From NCBI GenBank assembly GCA_963815195.1, contig CAWFGE010000012.1, positions 785,220-849,219 of the forward strand: DNA of 64,000 nucleotides, written 5' to 3'. The stretch comes from an uncultured Planctomycetaceae bacterium. Its GTDB lineage: Bacteria; Planctomycetota; Planctomycetia; Planctomycetales; Planctomycetaceae. The position numbers and the translations under genes are program-made. The notes under the pieces are model-generated. The model worked only from the letters and a program-made list of their open reading frames with translations, made no database searches and had not been told where the DNA came from. Positions 1 to 9,718 of this stretch are shown piece by piece. Numbering within the stretch: the stretch's first letter is position 1; every line of letters begins with the position of its first letter.

Positions 1-72
1 AGCACCAAACCAAAGGCACGCCGGAAAGCTGGCAGCCGATAACCATCACCCACACAGGAGCATCATCGAAAA

Positions 73-1688
73 ATGGCAAGCGTATTTCGACGACGATACA
101 CGGCGAAGACTGGCAAAGAGAAGCTGGCGAAGAATTGGTACGTTGAATTCAACGACCACAACCACACCCGCCGACAACTGCCCGGATTCCCCGAGAAGAA
201 ACTCACCGAGGAACTAGGTCGGAAACTCGAGCGGTTGGCCCGCACCCGCCGACTCAACGAACCGCCCGATGCGGAATTGGCGGCTTGGTTGGAAGCGGCC
301 GACTCGAAAACGAAAACCGCGCTCGCCAAGTGGGGAATGCTCGATTCCCGATCTGTAGCCGGGGCAAAGCCCCTCGCGGAACACATCGGCGACTACCGGA
401 AGCACCTGGAAGCGAAGAATAACACCCCCGACCACATCAACCCGACGATCAGCCGGATTGAAGCGATTGCCAACGGTTGTGGGTTTCTATTCATTTCCGA
501 CATTTCCGGTTCCACGGTGGCTACATGGCTCAAAGACCAACGCGAAGCCGATGCGTTTGGCATCTCCACAAGTAATGCCTACTTGACGGCCCTGAAGGGC
601 TTCTGCAATTGGCTGGTGAAAGATCGCCGGGCGAACGAAAACCCGGTGGTTCATCTCGCCCGACTGAACGCCGAGACGGACATCCGTCGGCAACGCCGTT
701 CGCTCTCCCAAGAGGACTTCGGGCTGCTCATCGAAGCAACTCGCACCGGGGAGGAAGTGTGCGGACTCACCGGCCGGGAACGGCAGATGCTTTACCAAGT
801 GGCTGCTTACACCGGCCTGCGGGCTTCGGAACTCGCGAGCCTCACCGAAAGGTCGTTTGACCTGGAAGCCGAGCATCCCACCGTCACCGTGGCGGCCGGC
901 TATTCCAAGCACCGGCGGAAAGACACATTGCCCCTGAATGCCGATTTGGTTGTTTCGCTGCGGGAGTGGTTCGCTGAACTACGGCAAGTGGCGCCCGAGA
1001 CTTCGGGCATCATTCCCATCGGCAAGCCTTCCGTGGGCAAGTTGTGGCCCGGGAAATGGGCGAAGAATCGCCACGGGCCGAGATGCTCCGGCACGATCTG
1101 GCAAAAGCGCGGGCCGCCTGGCTCGCAGCCAAGGGCATCACCGAAGAGGAACACCGGCTGCGGGAGGAATCCGATCGGCTGCAATACCTGGACCATGACA
1201 CGCGGCAATTCGACTTCCACGCCCTGCGGGGCCAATTTGTCACCGAGTTGGGCAGAGCCGGCGTCAATCTGCAAGATGCCCAAAAGCTGGCCCGGCATTC
1301 CGACCCTCGGCTGACCGCGAACCATTACACGCACCTATCGATTTCCGACCTGTCTCGATCTGTCGGGCAGCTGCCTGCTCTGCCGAAGCCGAAGGAAGCC
1401 GCCCAAGCGACCGGGACGGACGGCAAACCGGCCGATTCCTCAAAGAACTGTCGTGCGGACTGTCGTAAAACGGGTGCCGCACATAGCCTCACAGTGCCGG
1501 AATCTGGCAATCCTGGCGATTTGGAGGACTCCGCCTCGGAAAAGCAAAAACCCCCAAAGCCCTGTAAAACAGGGGCTTCGGGGGAATACCGGAGGGGGGA
1601 CTCGAACCCCCACGAGGTTTACCCTCACTGGATTTTGAATCCAGCGCGTCTGCCGATTCCGCCACTCCGGCTGGGAGGTTTAACGTAA
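73..1688 (+). pseudogene. Tyrosine-type (phage-like) integrase, reading frame broken near 1045-1080
   Basis: ORF 73-1314 gives the SAM-like N-terminal domain and the catalytic Arg box (AYTGLRASEL). The C-terminal catalytic half (FHALRGQF ... ARHSDPRLTANHYTHL, the His-x-x-Arg / His / Tyr signature) sits in ORF 1044-1688 in a different frame. The two halves join near the CCC/GGG runs at 1048-1077. The second frame stays open into the adjacent tRNA. Confidence 0.8.
1587..1671 (-). tRNA. tRNA-Leu (anticodon CAA), type II with long variable arm
   Basis: The reverse complement reads GCCGGAG-TG-GCGGAATCGGCAGACGC-G-CTGGA-TTCAAAA-TCCAG-TGAGGGTAAACCTCGTG-GGGGG-TTCGAGT-CCCCC-CTCCGGT-A. This folds by hand into a cloverleaf: 7-bp acceptor stem (G1-U72 wobble), anticodon loop with CAA, long variable arm, GTTCGAGTC T-loop. 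No CCA is encoded. Confidence 0.9.
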
Positions 1689-2123
1689 CCGACGCTGCCG
1701 GTTTTCGCAAGATTGCTGTATGGCGTTTTTGCGATTCGATCGTCTGCGGCCCCAAAAACGGCCTCTCCGGACCTTCGAGGCGAAGGGCTCTTGTCGTCGC
1801 ATCTCCGAAATGAGGTGCTTCGCCGATATGGGTGCCAAGGAAAGATGCGGCGTGGGTGGCTTGGCATTGGTCCGGGACGGGGCATCGTTGTGCGGCGATT
1901 GGGGAATGGACGGCCCGGACACTCTTGAGATGGGGGAGGTTGCGGAAAATGGGTGAGCCGTAAAGTGCTTGCGGGACTAAGATTACGAGAATACTTCTTG
2001 TGATTTTCCAACTTGCGTTTATGATACGATGTATGGGGTTGCTCGGAGGAATTTTCCCAGATGCTGGGATGGGCCGTTTCGCATGTTTTGGGATTTTGAC
2101 GCATCGAAGAACGCAAACATTTT

Positions 2124-3123
2124 ATGATTAACGTGGGGCTGATCGGGCTGGGACCGCATTGGGAGAAGCGCTATCGACCGGTGTTGGAGCGGTTTCGCGC
2201 GGATTCGCGTGTGCGCGGTTTATGACCCTGTGGCGAGCCGGGCGCAGATGGCGGCTCAGGAATTGGAAGCGCATCCGGTCATGGGGATTTCGGCTCTTCT
2301 CGCCCGGCCGGAGGTGCGGGCGGTTTTGCTTTTGGAGAACTCCTGGCAGGGCCCCGAGCCGTTGCGGTTGCTGCTGGCTCAAAAGAAATCCGCCTACATT
2401 GCCGGGAGTTTGGGCGACGATGTGGAAGTCTTGGCCCGCCGGCATTTGGTGGGGTTGTCGGAAGGGCTGACGTTGATGCCCGAATTCAGCCGCCGGTACA
2501 CGCCCGCGACGAGCCGATTGCAAGAATTGATGGCCACGCAAATCGGCCCGCCGCAGAGCATTCGCGTGAGAACGCCGCTGCCCCATCCGCAGGGCGTCAT
2601 CGAGGTGCCGGGGCAAGCGTCGCCGAAGGATTTTTTGGTCGGCCTGATTGATTGGTGCCGGCACGTCGTGCGGATGCCTGCGGCGACGGTGGAAATGATC
2701 GTCCCGCCTCGGACGGGGGATGAGCAGGTCGAAAAGATCCTGCGGATCGAATTTCAGCGATCCCGCGCGGGGGGCGAACCGGCGACGGCCGAGTTGGTCC
2801 TGCTTCGCCAGGAGGACGTTCCCGCGGCAGGCCCCGTTTGCCCGCCGCGCCCGAGCTTTGAGATTCTCTGCGCCCGAGGGACGGCGTCGTTCACCGATCC
2901 GTTGGAATTGAGTTGGACCAGCGGCGAGGGGGAACGCCGGGAATGCTTGACCTCGGAGCGAAGCGAAGTCGAGGTCATGCTGGATCATTTTTGCCGGCGG
3001 GTCGTGGGCGGGCTGATTCCCGTGGCGGATCTCGCCGACATCTGCGGCCATTTGCGGCTGCTCGAATCCGCGGAGCGCAGTATCGCCGTCGGCCGGGCCG
3101 TGCGGCTCTCGCCTTACAATTAG
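2124..3123 (+). CDS. Gfo/Idh/MocA-family oxidoreductase, frame broken near 2199-2203
   Basis: ATG at 2124 encodes MINVGLIGLGPHWEKRYRPVLERFRA (a Rossmann GxGxxG start) and then hits TGA at 2223. The rest of the protein (RVCAVYDPVASRA ... 304 aa, ORF 2209-3123) is in the +1 frame. Removing one G at 2201-2202 would give ...ERFRAIRVCAVYDPV. Confidence 0.75.
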
Positions 3124-3268
3124 CCGGCCTTCTCCAGGGGAGCGTCCTCTTGCGAAAACTCTTCTCTTCCGGCATGTCCCGGACGGTTTGGAAGCGGTTC
3201 TGGGCCGACGAAACCGCTTCCGCACACGGCCGCTGGGGATTGGCCGTGGCAGTGACTTGGATCGCGGC

Positions 3269-4294
3269 TCAGGCGATGCTCTCTCTTTGGAGTTGAACCG
3301 GTTGCTGTTGCGCCCTTTTGTCGAGGCGTTCGCGGACGAAGCCGTGCACAATGTAGATCATCCAAAACACGGCGGTCCCGGCGGCGAAGATCAGGCGGGT
3401 TTCGGTAGACCAGTGACTTTGGCGGACGTAGCTTTCAATGATCGCGGCGGCGACGAGCATGCCGCCCACGCCCAGGCTGATGAGCGCGGCTTCTTTGCCC
3501 GCGAGTTTGAGCGCCTTTTCGCGGGAATGCCAACCCGGCCGGACGACCGCCTGGCCCAACATCAAACCGACGCCGCCGCAGAGCACGATCGCTCCCAGTT
3601 CGGTGACGCCGTGGGGCAAGATCCAGGCCCACATTTCGGCGTTGATGCCGGCCTGGTGATGAATCGCCACGAACACGCCCAAGAGCATCCCGTTGAACAA
3701 CATCAAAAACACCGTGGGCACCGCGGCCAGAATGCCGGTGGCCATGGCCAAGAGCCCGACTTTGAAGTTGTGCTGAAACAGAAACGAAGCGAACAGGAAT
3801 TTGAAACCGCCCGATTGGTCCCGGCCGGCTTCGAGCACGTTCCGCAATTGGTCGGGCGTGGAACCGGGCTGGCGAACATCGCCGGCGGGCCACAAGGCGT
3901 GGGCGATCAGCGGATCGGACATTGCCGCGATATAGCCGACCAGGGCTCCGCCCAACAGCAGCAAGGCCGAGATCAGATGGGCCTTGCCGTTGCGGGCGAT
4001 GGCGCGGCCGAAGCCTTCGGTCACGAAGCCGAGCGCCTTGTCGAAAAGCCGTCCGCGCGGCGGAAGATAGATCAGACTATGGGCCGCCGCCGTCAACCCG
4101 TTGAGGTAGGCGATCAACTGCTGATCGCGGGTCAGCGTGGAAACCCGCGCCAAATGCACCGTGGTCCGGCGATACAGGACATCCAGCCGTTCGCGTTCTT
4201 CCGGCGAGAGTTTCCGCATGGACTTTCGCCCGCGGGCGACCAATCGCTCGAGTTCTTCCCAGTCGTTCTTGTAGCGAGCGACGAAACTGCTCAT
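3269..4294 (-). CDS. SpoIIM-like / DUF95 family integral membrane protein
   Basis: 341-aa ORF with a soluble N-terminal helical region followed by multiple TM helices. It carries the family-typical LPHGVTELGAIVL motif. Confidence 0.75.
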   Translation of the reverse strand: MSSFVARYKNDWEELERLVARGRKSMRKLSPEERERLDVLYRRTTVHLARVSTLTRDQQLIAYLNGLTAAAHSLIYLPPRGRLFDKALGFVTEGFGRAIARNGKAHLISALLLLGGALVGYIAAMSDPLIAHALWPAGDVRQPGSTPDQLRNVLEAGRDQSGGFKFLFASFLFQHNFKVGLLAMATGILAAVPTVFLMLFNGMLLGVFVAIHHQAGINAEMWAWILPHGVTELGAIVLCGGVGLMLGQAVVRPGWHSREKALKLAGKEAALISLGVGGMLVAAAIIESYVRQSHWSTETRLIFAAGTAVFWMIYIVHGFVRERLDKRAQQQPVQLQRESIA

Positions 4295-4366
4295 ACTGAA
4301 TTTTCCTGCGGTTCAAAGGAAGATGACCGAAAACCAGTCTAACCACAGATTGCCTGTTGAGAAACA

Positions 4367-5164
4367 ATGACGACGCGGCTCCAGTTTGAAACGCCTGAAA
4401 ATGTGCAGGTGCAATATGTTCCAGCCGGTCTGGGAACGCGGTTTCTGGCGTGGTTTCTCGATCAGCTTCTGGTGTTCGTGCTGCTCGTGGCAGTCATCAT
4501 TTTGCTGGCGGCGGCCGGGGTGTCGCTGAAAGTCCTCGACGACCTCGCCGAGTCCGGCAGCCGCGACCCGCAGCAACTGGAAGGCTACGTGATCGGGCTG
4601 ATCGTTTTGATTTCCGGGCTGGGGAGTTTCGTCTACTTCACGGCGGCGGAATTGTTTCTGCGCGGGCAAACGCCGGGCAAGCGGGCGATGAAGATCCGCG
4701 TCGTCAAACAGGACGGCTTCGCCTTGGATGCCCAGAGCATTTTTCTGAGGAACGTATTTCGCGTGGTCGATAATATCCCGCTCCTGTGGATCATTCCGGT
4801 GATGTCCCAGCGCAGCCAGCGCACGGGCGACATGGCGGCGGGGACCGTGGTCGTCTCGGACAAGCCCGCGGAACTGACCGAGGTCCGCGTCGAGCTTTCC
4901 GACCGGGCGGCGGTGGAAGCCGAGTTCCGCTTCGACGCGAAATCGCTCGCAAAACTCACCCCGCAGGATATCGAGGCGGTCGAGCGGTTGCTGGAACGCT
5001 GGCACAATGTTCCCCAGCCGCAGCGGATCCAATTGGCCCGGCAACTGACCGCCGGCCTCGTCCACAAACTCCAAATCGACCCGCCCCCCAACGGCAAACA
5101 GGCCGTCTTCTTGGAAGACCTGCTCGCGGCGGAAATTCGCCGCCAGAACCGGATGCTGGGATAA
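4367..5164 (+). CDS. RDD family membrane protein
   Basis: 265-aa ORF with N-terminal TM helices, the motifs RFLAWFLDQLL and RGQTPGKRAMKIRVV, and a soluble C-terminal domain. It is divergent from the DUF95 gene with a 72-bp gap. Confidence 0.75.
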   Translation: MTTRLQFETPENVQVQYVPAGLGTRFLAWFLDQLLVFVLLVAVIILLAAAGVSLKVLDDLAESGSRDPQQLEGYVIGLIVLISGLGSFVYFTAAELFLRGQTPGKRAMKIRVVKQDGFALDAQSIFLRNVFRVVDNIPLLWIIPVMSQRSQRTGDMAAGTVVVSDKPAELTEVRVELSDRAAVEAEFRFDAKSLAKLTPQDIEAVERLLERWHNVPQPQRIQLARQLTAGLVHKLQIDPPPNGKQAVFLEDLLAAEIRRQNRMLG

Positions 5165-5458
5165 GCAGGCACGGTGCAGAATGCTTGGCCCCAACCGCGA
5201 CCGCGCGAACGCGTGACCGCACTTGCGCTGCCAAAGGACCGCTGATTTCCCATTTTCCCAAAAGGTGATTGTATTGGCATTTAAGACTTGGTAATGTGCA
5301 CAAAATCTGTTCATTCCTACGTTTTTTCGCCAGTTGCTCCTTTTTGTGTATCTTGTATTACCTATGTATTGTCTCTAAACATTGCCCCTCGAACACCTGG
5401 TCAAATCTTGGCCGGGACCGTTTCTTTGTAGACCCACTCTTGTACAGAAGGATCTCCC

Positions 5459-6442
5459 ATGCGACGCGAACTTTGGAAGCAGATGTTCTGGCTGTTGGTG
5501 TTGGCGGGCATTTCCGGCTCATCCGTTCGGGCCGCGGATCACAACGACTCGCCGCTGCTTCGCCTTGAGGCGAACGGCGTTCGGGTGAACGACCATCAAG
5601 ACATCAATGACATTTACGCGTTTCAATCGCCCTCGAACGCACAGAATGTCGTGTTCATCATCACGGTCAATCCCGATGCGGGCGTGAAAAACGATGGGAC
5701 GCTCGATCCCGACACGGTTTACGAAATCCTGGTGGACGTCAACGGTGACGCCCGCGTCGACATCCCCTTCACCTTTTATTTTTCGCGTCCCAACGGGCTC
5801 GGCCAGCAAAGCGTGGTTTTGCAAAGCGGCCGCACCACGCTGGCCCGCGGCACGACGGATCAAGACATCCCCGTGCAGGGCGGCGGCAAGCTGCGGGTGG
5901 GAATCTATGACGATCCTTTCTTTTTCGACAACCGGGTTTTGGCGGATCCCCCTCAAACGGGCGTGAACGCCTTTGCCGGAATGAACGTGACCGCCATCGT
6001 GCTGGAAGTTCCCAGCCGAAACCTGCGGGCCCGGAACATCGGCGTCTGGTCGATCACCGAAAAGAACGGCAAGCAATTCGACCGGGTCGGCCGGCCGGGC
6101 ATCAATACGGTCTTGATCTCCACACAAAATAAAGAAGCCTTCAACGAAGGCGATCCGGTCAACGATCGGCGGGACTTCCGCCAGGATGTGATCGACCACA
6201 TCACCGCGCTCGGCAACGGGCCCCAAGCCGCGGGTCTCGCCGACTTCTTGCTGCCGGACATTCTGACCATCGACACCACCAATCCGGCGGGCTTTCTCAA
6301 CGGCCGGCGATTGGAAGACGATGTGATCGACATCGAGCTGGATGTGCTCACCAACGGGGCCGTGACCAGCGACGGCGTCGCCAACGACAGCAATTTCAGC
6401 AATACTTTTCCGTATCTGGCTGCCCCGAATCCTCTTCCCTAA
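5459..6442 (+). CDS. Secreted DUF4331 domain protein
   Basis: Signal peptide (LLVLAGISGSSVRA/AD) followed by the DUF4331 hallmark ADHNDSP ... DINDIYAF. 327 aa. An A/T-rich leader lies upstream. Confidence 0.75.
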   Translation: MRRELWKQMFWLLVLAGISGSSVRAADHNDSPLLRLEANGVRVNDHQDINDIYAFQSPSNAQNVVFIITVNPDAGVKNDGTLDPDTVYEILVDVNGDARVDIPFTFYFSRPNGLGQQSVVLQSGRTTLARGTTDQDIPVQGGGKLRVGIYDDPFFFDNRVLADPPQTGVNAFAGMNVTAIVLEVPSRNLRARNIGVWSITEKNGKQFDRVGRPGINTVLISTQNKEAFNEGDPVNDRRDFRQDVIDHITALGNGPQAAGLADFLLPDILTIDTTNPAGFLNGRRLEDDVIDIELDVLTNGAVTSDGVANDSNFSNTFPYLAAPNPLP

Positions 6443-6476
6443 GCCGATCGATCCCGCGATCTGATGCATCTGTGCT

Positions 6477-6512
6477 AGACCGTCCGCGTTCACAGCGGGC
6501 GGTCTATTTTGC
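6477..6512 (+). terminator. Stem-loop followed by a T-rich tract between the DUF4331 and TPR genes
   Basis: agaccgtccgc / gttcaca / gcgggcggtct followed by attttg. The stem is 11 bp with one G-U pair. Confidence 0.4.
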
Positions 6513-6559
6513 CACTTGTTTACGATTTCTGCTCCAAGCCACAGAAAGGCGAGCCGCGC

Positions 6560-7873
6560 ATGTCTGTTTCCCTTCGGTGTCTGGTGTTGATGCTCGTCTT
6601 TTATTTTGGATTTTGGGCTCCGTCCGCGCCGGGTCAGAATGTTTTGCCGCTCGAACCGCCGCCGGAGAACCCCAAGCTCCCCGAGCGCCGAAAGGCGACG
6701 ACGGAAGAGGCGATCCGCATTTATCAAAAGCGGCTGGAGAAGTCCCCGCAAAATACGCTGGCCCGCACCGACTTGGGGCTGGCCTATCTGAAACTGGCCC
6801 GCGAAACCGGCAACGAACAGCACTACGTGCAGGCCGAGGCGGAGTTTCAAAAGGTCCTCAAAATCTCGCCCAAATCGGTGTCGGCGCGGGCCTTTCTGGC
6901 CTCGGCTTACATGGCCCGGCATAAATTTCACGAGGCCCTCGAACTCTCCCAGGCGGTTTATAAGGAAAACGCCCGCATCACGTTTGCCCTCGCGACCGTC
7001 GGCGATGCCCAACTGGAACTCGGCCGATACGACGAGGCCGAGCGGAGCTTCGGGGAACTCCAAAAGAAAACCCGCGGGCCGGTGCCGGAAGTTTTGGCCC
7101 GGCTGGCGCGGGTTGCCGAACTCCGGGGGCAAACCGAGCAGGCGGTGGAGTTGCTCCAAAAATCGCTCCGGGAAGAAGAGCGCGCTCGGCCCGATTCCAG
7201 CGAGATCGCCTGGTACAATTTGCGGTTGGGGGAAGTGTATTTTCAGTCCCATCAACTGGAAAACGCCGAGCGCCATCTGGAATCGGCGGTGAAACGGCGG
7301 GAAAACTTCGTCCCGGCTCTGCTGGCATTGGGGCAAGTCCGCGCGGCGCAATCCCGCTATGACGAGGCGATCAAACTCTATGAACAAGCCGTGGCCCAAA
7401 AGCCGGACTTCGATTTGATCGGCGACCTGGGAGCGATTTACGCTCTCGCGGGGAACAAAGCCAAAGCCAGTGAATTGGAGGACAAAGCCGTCTCGCTGGT
7501 TCCGGCCGCCGCGAAGATCGAAACCGAAGCCCGGCATTTGGCGTTGTTTTTAGCCGACCGCGGCTTAGAGCTCGATCTGGCGCTGGAGTCCGCCCGCAAG
7601 GAATTGAACGTCCGCCGGGATGTTTTCGCCTATGATGTTTTGGCCTGGGTGCTGTTCAAAACCGGGAAACCGCAGGAAGCCGAGGAAGCCATGCAGTCGG
7701 CGCTGCGATTGGGGACCAGAGATGCCCGCATGCACTTCCACGCCGGGATGATCGCCCGGGCTCTGGGCAAAACCGAAGAGGCCAAACGGCACCTGACCGA
7801 GGCCCTGAAAATCAATCCCGACTTCTCCTTCACTGGCCCCGCCCAAGCCCGCAAAGCCCTCGCCGAGTTGTAG
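6560..7873 (+). CDS. Secreted tetratricopeptide-repeat (TPR) protein
   Basis: ATG at 6560 gives the signal peptide MSVSLRCLVLMLVFYFGFWAPSAPG. Repeated TPR-like helical units follow (LARTDLGLAYLKLA, AFLASAYMARHKFHEALE, ALLALGQVRAAQSRYDEAIKLYEQA and others). Confidence 0.8.
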   Translation: MSVSLRCLVLMLVFYFGFWAPSAPGQNVLPLEPPPENPKLPERRKATTEEAIRIYQKRLEKSPQNTLARTDLGLAYLKLARETGNEQHYVQAEAEFQKVLKISPKSVSARAFLASAYMARHKFHEALELSQAVYKENARITFALATVGDAQLELGRYDEAERSFGELQKKTRGPVPEVLARLARVAELRGQTEQAVELLQKSLREEERARPDSSEIAWYNLRLGEVYFQSHQLENAERHLESAVKRRENFVPALLALGQVRAAQSRYDEAIKLYEQAVAQKPDFDLIGDLGAIYALAGNKAKASELEDKAVSLVPAAAKIETEARHLALFLADRGLELDLALESARKELNVRRDVFAYDVLAWVLFKTGKPQEAEEAMQSALRLGTRDARMHFHAGMIARALGKTEEAKRHLTEALKINPDFSFTGPAQARKALAEL

Positions 7874-8002
7874 CCGGCCGCCGGCTTCGCGGGGAACGAT
7901 TGGAGAAGATCGCCCTGTTGTGTCGATGGTTAGGATCAGAGCGATTGGGTTTGAACTTTTCACGACACGGCGTGCGCACGCGTGCGGGGGGAAACGTCGG
8001 CG

Positions 8003-9034
8003 ATGCGATGGGGGTGCGTATTGATTGGGTTGCTCTTGGCTCCCGGCTGCGTGGTCGTGGACCTGGAGGTGGTCAACCCGATCCCCGGTCTCTCCAAAGT
8101 CGCGGTCGTGCCGTTTTACAACCTCAGCCCCGAACCCGCCGCCGACGGCTACCGCTTTGCCGAGGCCTATTTCGCGGAACTCCAAAAGGTGCCTGGATTT
8201 CAAGTGCTGCCCATCGGCGTGACGGAAGCCGCGATCCAGGACAACAAGCTCAATATGCAAAGCCCCGCGGATGCGGTCCGGTTGGCGAATTTGCTGAATG
8301 TGGACGCCGTGGTCGTGGGGGCGATCACCGATTACGATCCCTATTATCCGCCGCGCGCGGGCTGGCAGGTTTCGTGGTATTCGCCGCACTCGTGGGAATT
8401 CTCGCCCGGCCTTCCCACGGAACCCTCCGCGCGCAAAGCGATTTTAGAAGCCGGCATGTGCCCCGACGAGGACTGCGAACCGCCCCTGGGCGTTTGGGGC
8501 CGGACCAAGGCCTGGTTCAAGAGACATTACCGGGCCGCCCGCGCGGAGCACGCGACGGTCTTTCGCGGCCAATCGGAAGCGACCTTCCCGCCGCGTCCGG
8601 CTTTGCCCCAAAACACGCCGCCCAACCCCTACACCGCCCCGGCCCCGCCGCGGCCGCTGATCCCTCCCCACCCGAACGGCCAACAACCGCCGGCCAATCC
8701 GCCGGCCGCGTCGTATCTTCCGCCGGCCCCGGACGCCATGGAGGCCGCACCGCCGGCCCCGCTTGCACCGCCGGTTCCGCCGCCCGATGTGCGCTATGAA
8801 CCGTTGATGTCATACACGCGAATCTTCGATGGAACCGACGCCGACCTCATGGCGACTTTGCGGGATTATGTGGAACTGCGGGACGATCTCAGGGCGGGAT
8901 ACTGGCAAGGCTGGCTGTACCGCACGGACGATTTCCTCCGCTTCACCGCGCACCGGATGATCGTGGAGATGCTGGCCTTGCACGGAGGCGAAGCCCGCCG
9001 CCGGGTCGTTTTCGTTTGGCGGAAGCAAAAATAA
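8003..9034 (+). CDS. Lipoprotein with proline-rich region, function unknown
   Basis: MRWGCVLIGLLLAPGC is a lipobox signal peptide. A conserved-looking N-domain is followed by a long Pro-rich stretch and a C-terminal domain. GC3-rich codons. Confidence 0.65.
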   Translation: MRWGCVLIGLLLAPGCVVVDLEVVNPIPGLSKVAVVPFYNLSPEPAADGYRFAEAYFAELQKVPGFQVLPIGVTEAAIQDNKLNMQSPADAVRLANLLNVDAVVVGAITDYDPYYPPRAGWQVSWYSPHSWEFSPGLPTEPSARKAILEAGMCPDEDCEPPLGVWGRTKAWFKRHYRAARAEHATVFRGQSEATFPPRPALPQNTPPNPYTAPAPPRPLIPPHPNGQQPPANPPAASYLPPAPDAMEAAPPAPLAPPVPPPDVRYEPLMSYTRIFDGTDADLMATLRDYVELRDDLRAGYWQGWLYRTDDFLRFTAHRMIVEMLALHGGEARRRVVFVWRKQK

Positions 9035-9219
9035 TTGCCCGGGGCGAGCCGAACCGCGACCTGAACATGTCCTGTTTTCCCGCCGTTTTGCCATCTTTGG
9101 GTAGCGGGCATTCATCCTGGGCGAAGTTTGCCGGCCGGGTTTTCGCCATCTGGCGACGGAACGCCGGTTTCATCAAGCCCGGCCTGGGATTTCAACCGAT
9201 AACTCAAGAGGTCGCAACA

Positions 9220-9504
9220 ATGAAGATTCGAGACAGAAGGCAGCCCGCCATGCCCCGCAGTATGAACGTATTGGCCTTGGTCAAAGGCTCCGAGCGTTAC
9301 GTCTTTCTCTACGATGATGAAAGTCCAGGGGTGTTGCTTCAGCAATTGGGCCGCTTCGCCGCGGACAGCGAGCTCAGCTTCACCTGGTACGATGCCGCCG
9401 TGCTCAGCCAAAAAGTCCGCCGCATGAAGCAGGAACGCCGGCAGGAGCTGCCGCCGGACCGCTTCCGCGAGCCCACCGAGGAACGGTATCCAGGCGACGC
9501 GTAA
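9220..9504 (+). CDS. Small hypothetical protein
   Basis: ATG at 9220 (MKIRDRRQPAMPRSMNVLALVKGSERYVFLYDDE...), 94 aa. The longer ORF from 9016 looks like non-coding read-through. Confidence 0.5.
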   Translation: MKIRDRRQPAMPRSMNVLALVKGSERYVFLYDDESPGVLLQQLGRFAADSELSFTWYDAAVLSQKVRRMKQERRQELPPDRFREPTEERYPGDA

Positions 9505-9510
9505 TCAGCG

Positions 9511-9714
9511 TGCTCAATTTTGCGAGTTTTCTGTTTCAAATCCGAAGCACGAAATCCGAAATCCGAAGCAAATTTAAAATCCCAAATCCGAAATCCCTTC
9601 GTTCTTATAACACACCCAACGCCCAGGGTTTGGATATTGGGATTTCGGTCATTGGGATATGTTTCGGATTTCGGATTTTTCGGTGCGAAACCTCGCACAA
9701 GCGCGCACGGTGAT
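9511..9714 (+). repeat. Intergenic repeat family 1 (AATCCGAAATCCGAA-type, internally palindromic), copy A
   Basis: Aligns by eye over about 200 nt with the reverse complement of 10637-10843, and partly with 19545-19693 and 46720-46831. The arms aaatccgaagcacgaaatccgaaatccgaa and tttcggatttcggattt can pair. Confidence 0.85.
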
Positions 9715-9718
9715 CTTG

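Noticed and set aside
1560-1688. The tail of integrase ORF 1044-1688 that runs across the tRNA-Leu gene, read as genuine coding sequence.
   Set aside because: The region encodes a well-folded tRNA on the opposite strand. The open frame there is most likely fortuitous, or results from loss of the original stop. The catalytic Tyr lies far upstream (about 1330).
2128-3351. Many long ORFs antisense to, or out of frame with, the called genes. Examples: 2128-3351(-), 3188-4342(+), 4313-5314(-), 5519-7537(-), 12355-14409(+), 22826-24637(-), 27245-28747(+), 29864-31156(-), 40216-41922(+), 44285-45319(-), 49455-50747(-), 55973-57484(-), 58166-59623(-) and 58615-59829(+).
   Set aside because: Their translations are Arg/Gly/Pro/Ala-rich low-complexity strings typical of shadow ORFs in high-GC DNA. 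Each overlaps a gene with clear family motifs or GC3-biased codon usage on the other strand or frame.
9659-9718. The upstream start at 9659 for the XerC-like gene ([21 protein letters not shown]...).
   Set aside because: This extension is a translation of repeat family 1 (the same FRISDF peptide appears in ORFs across the other copies). The conserved recombinase N-terminus begins at ATG 9719.
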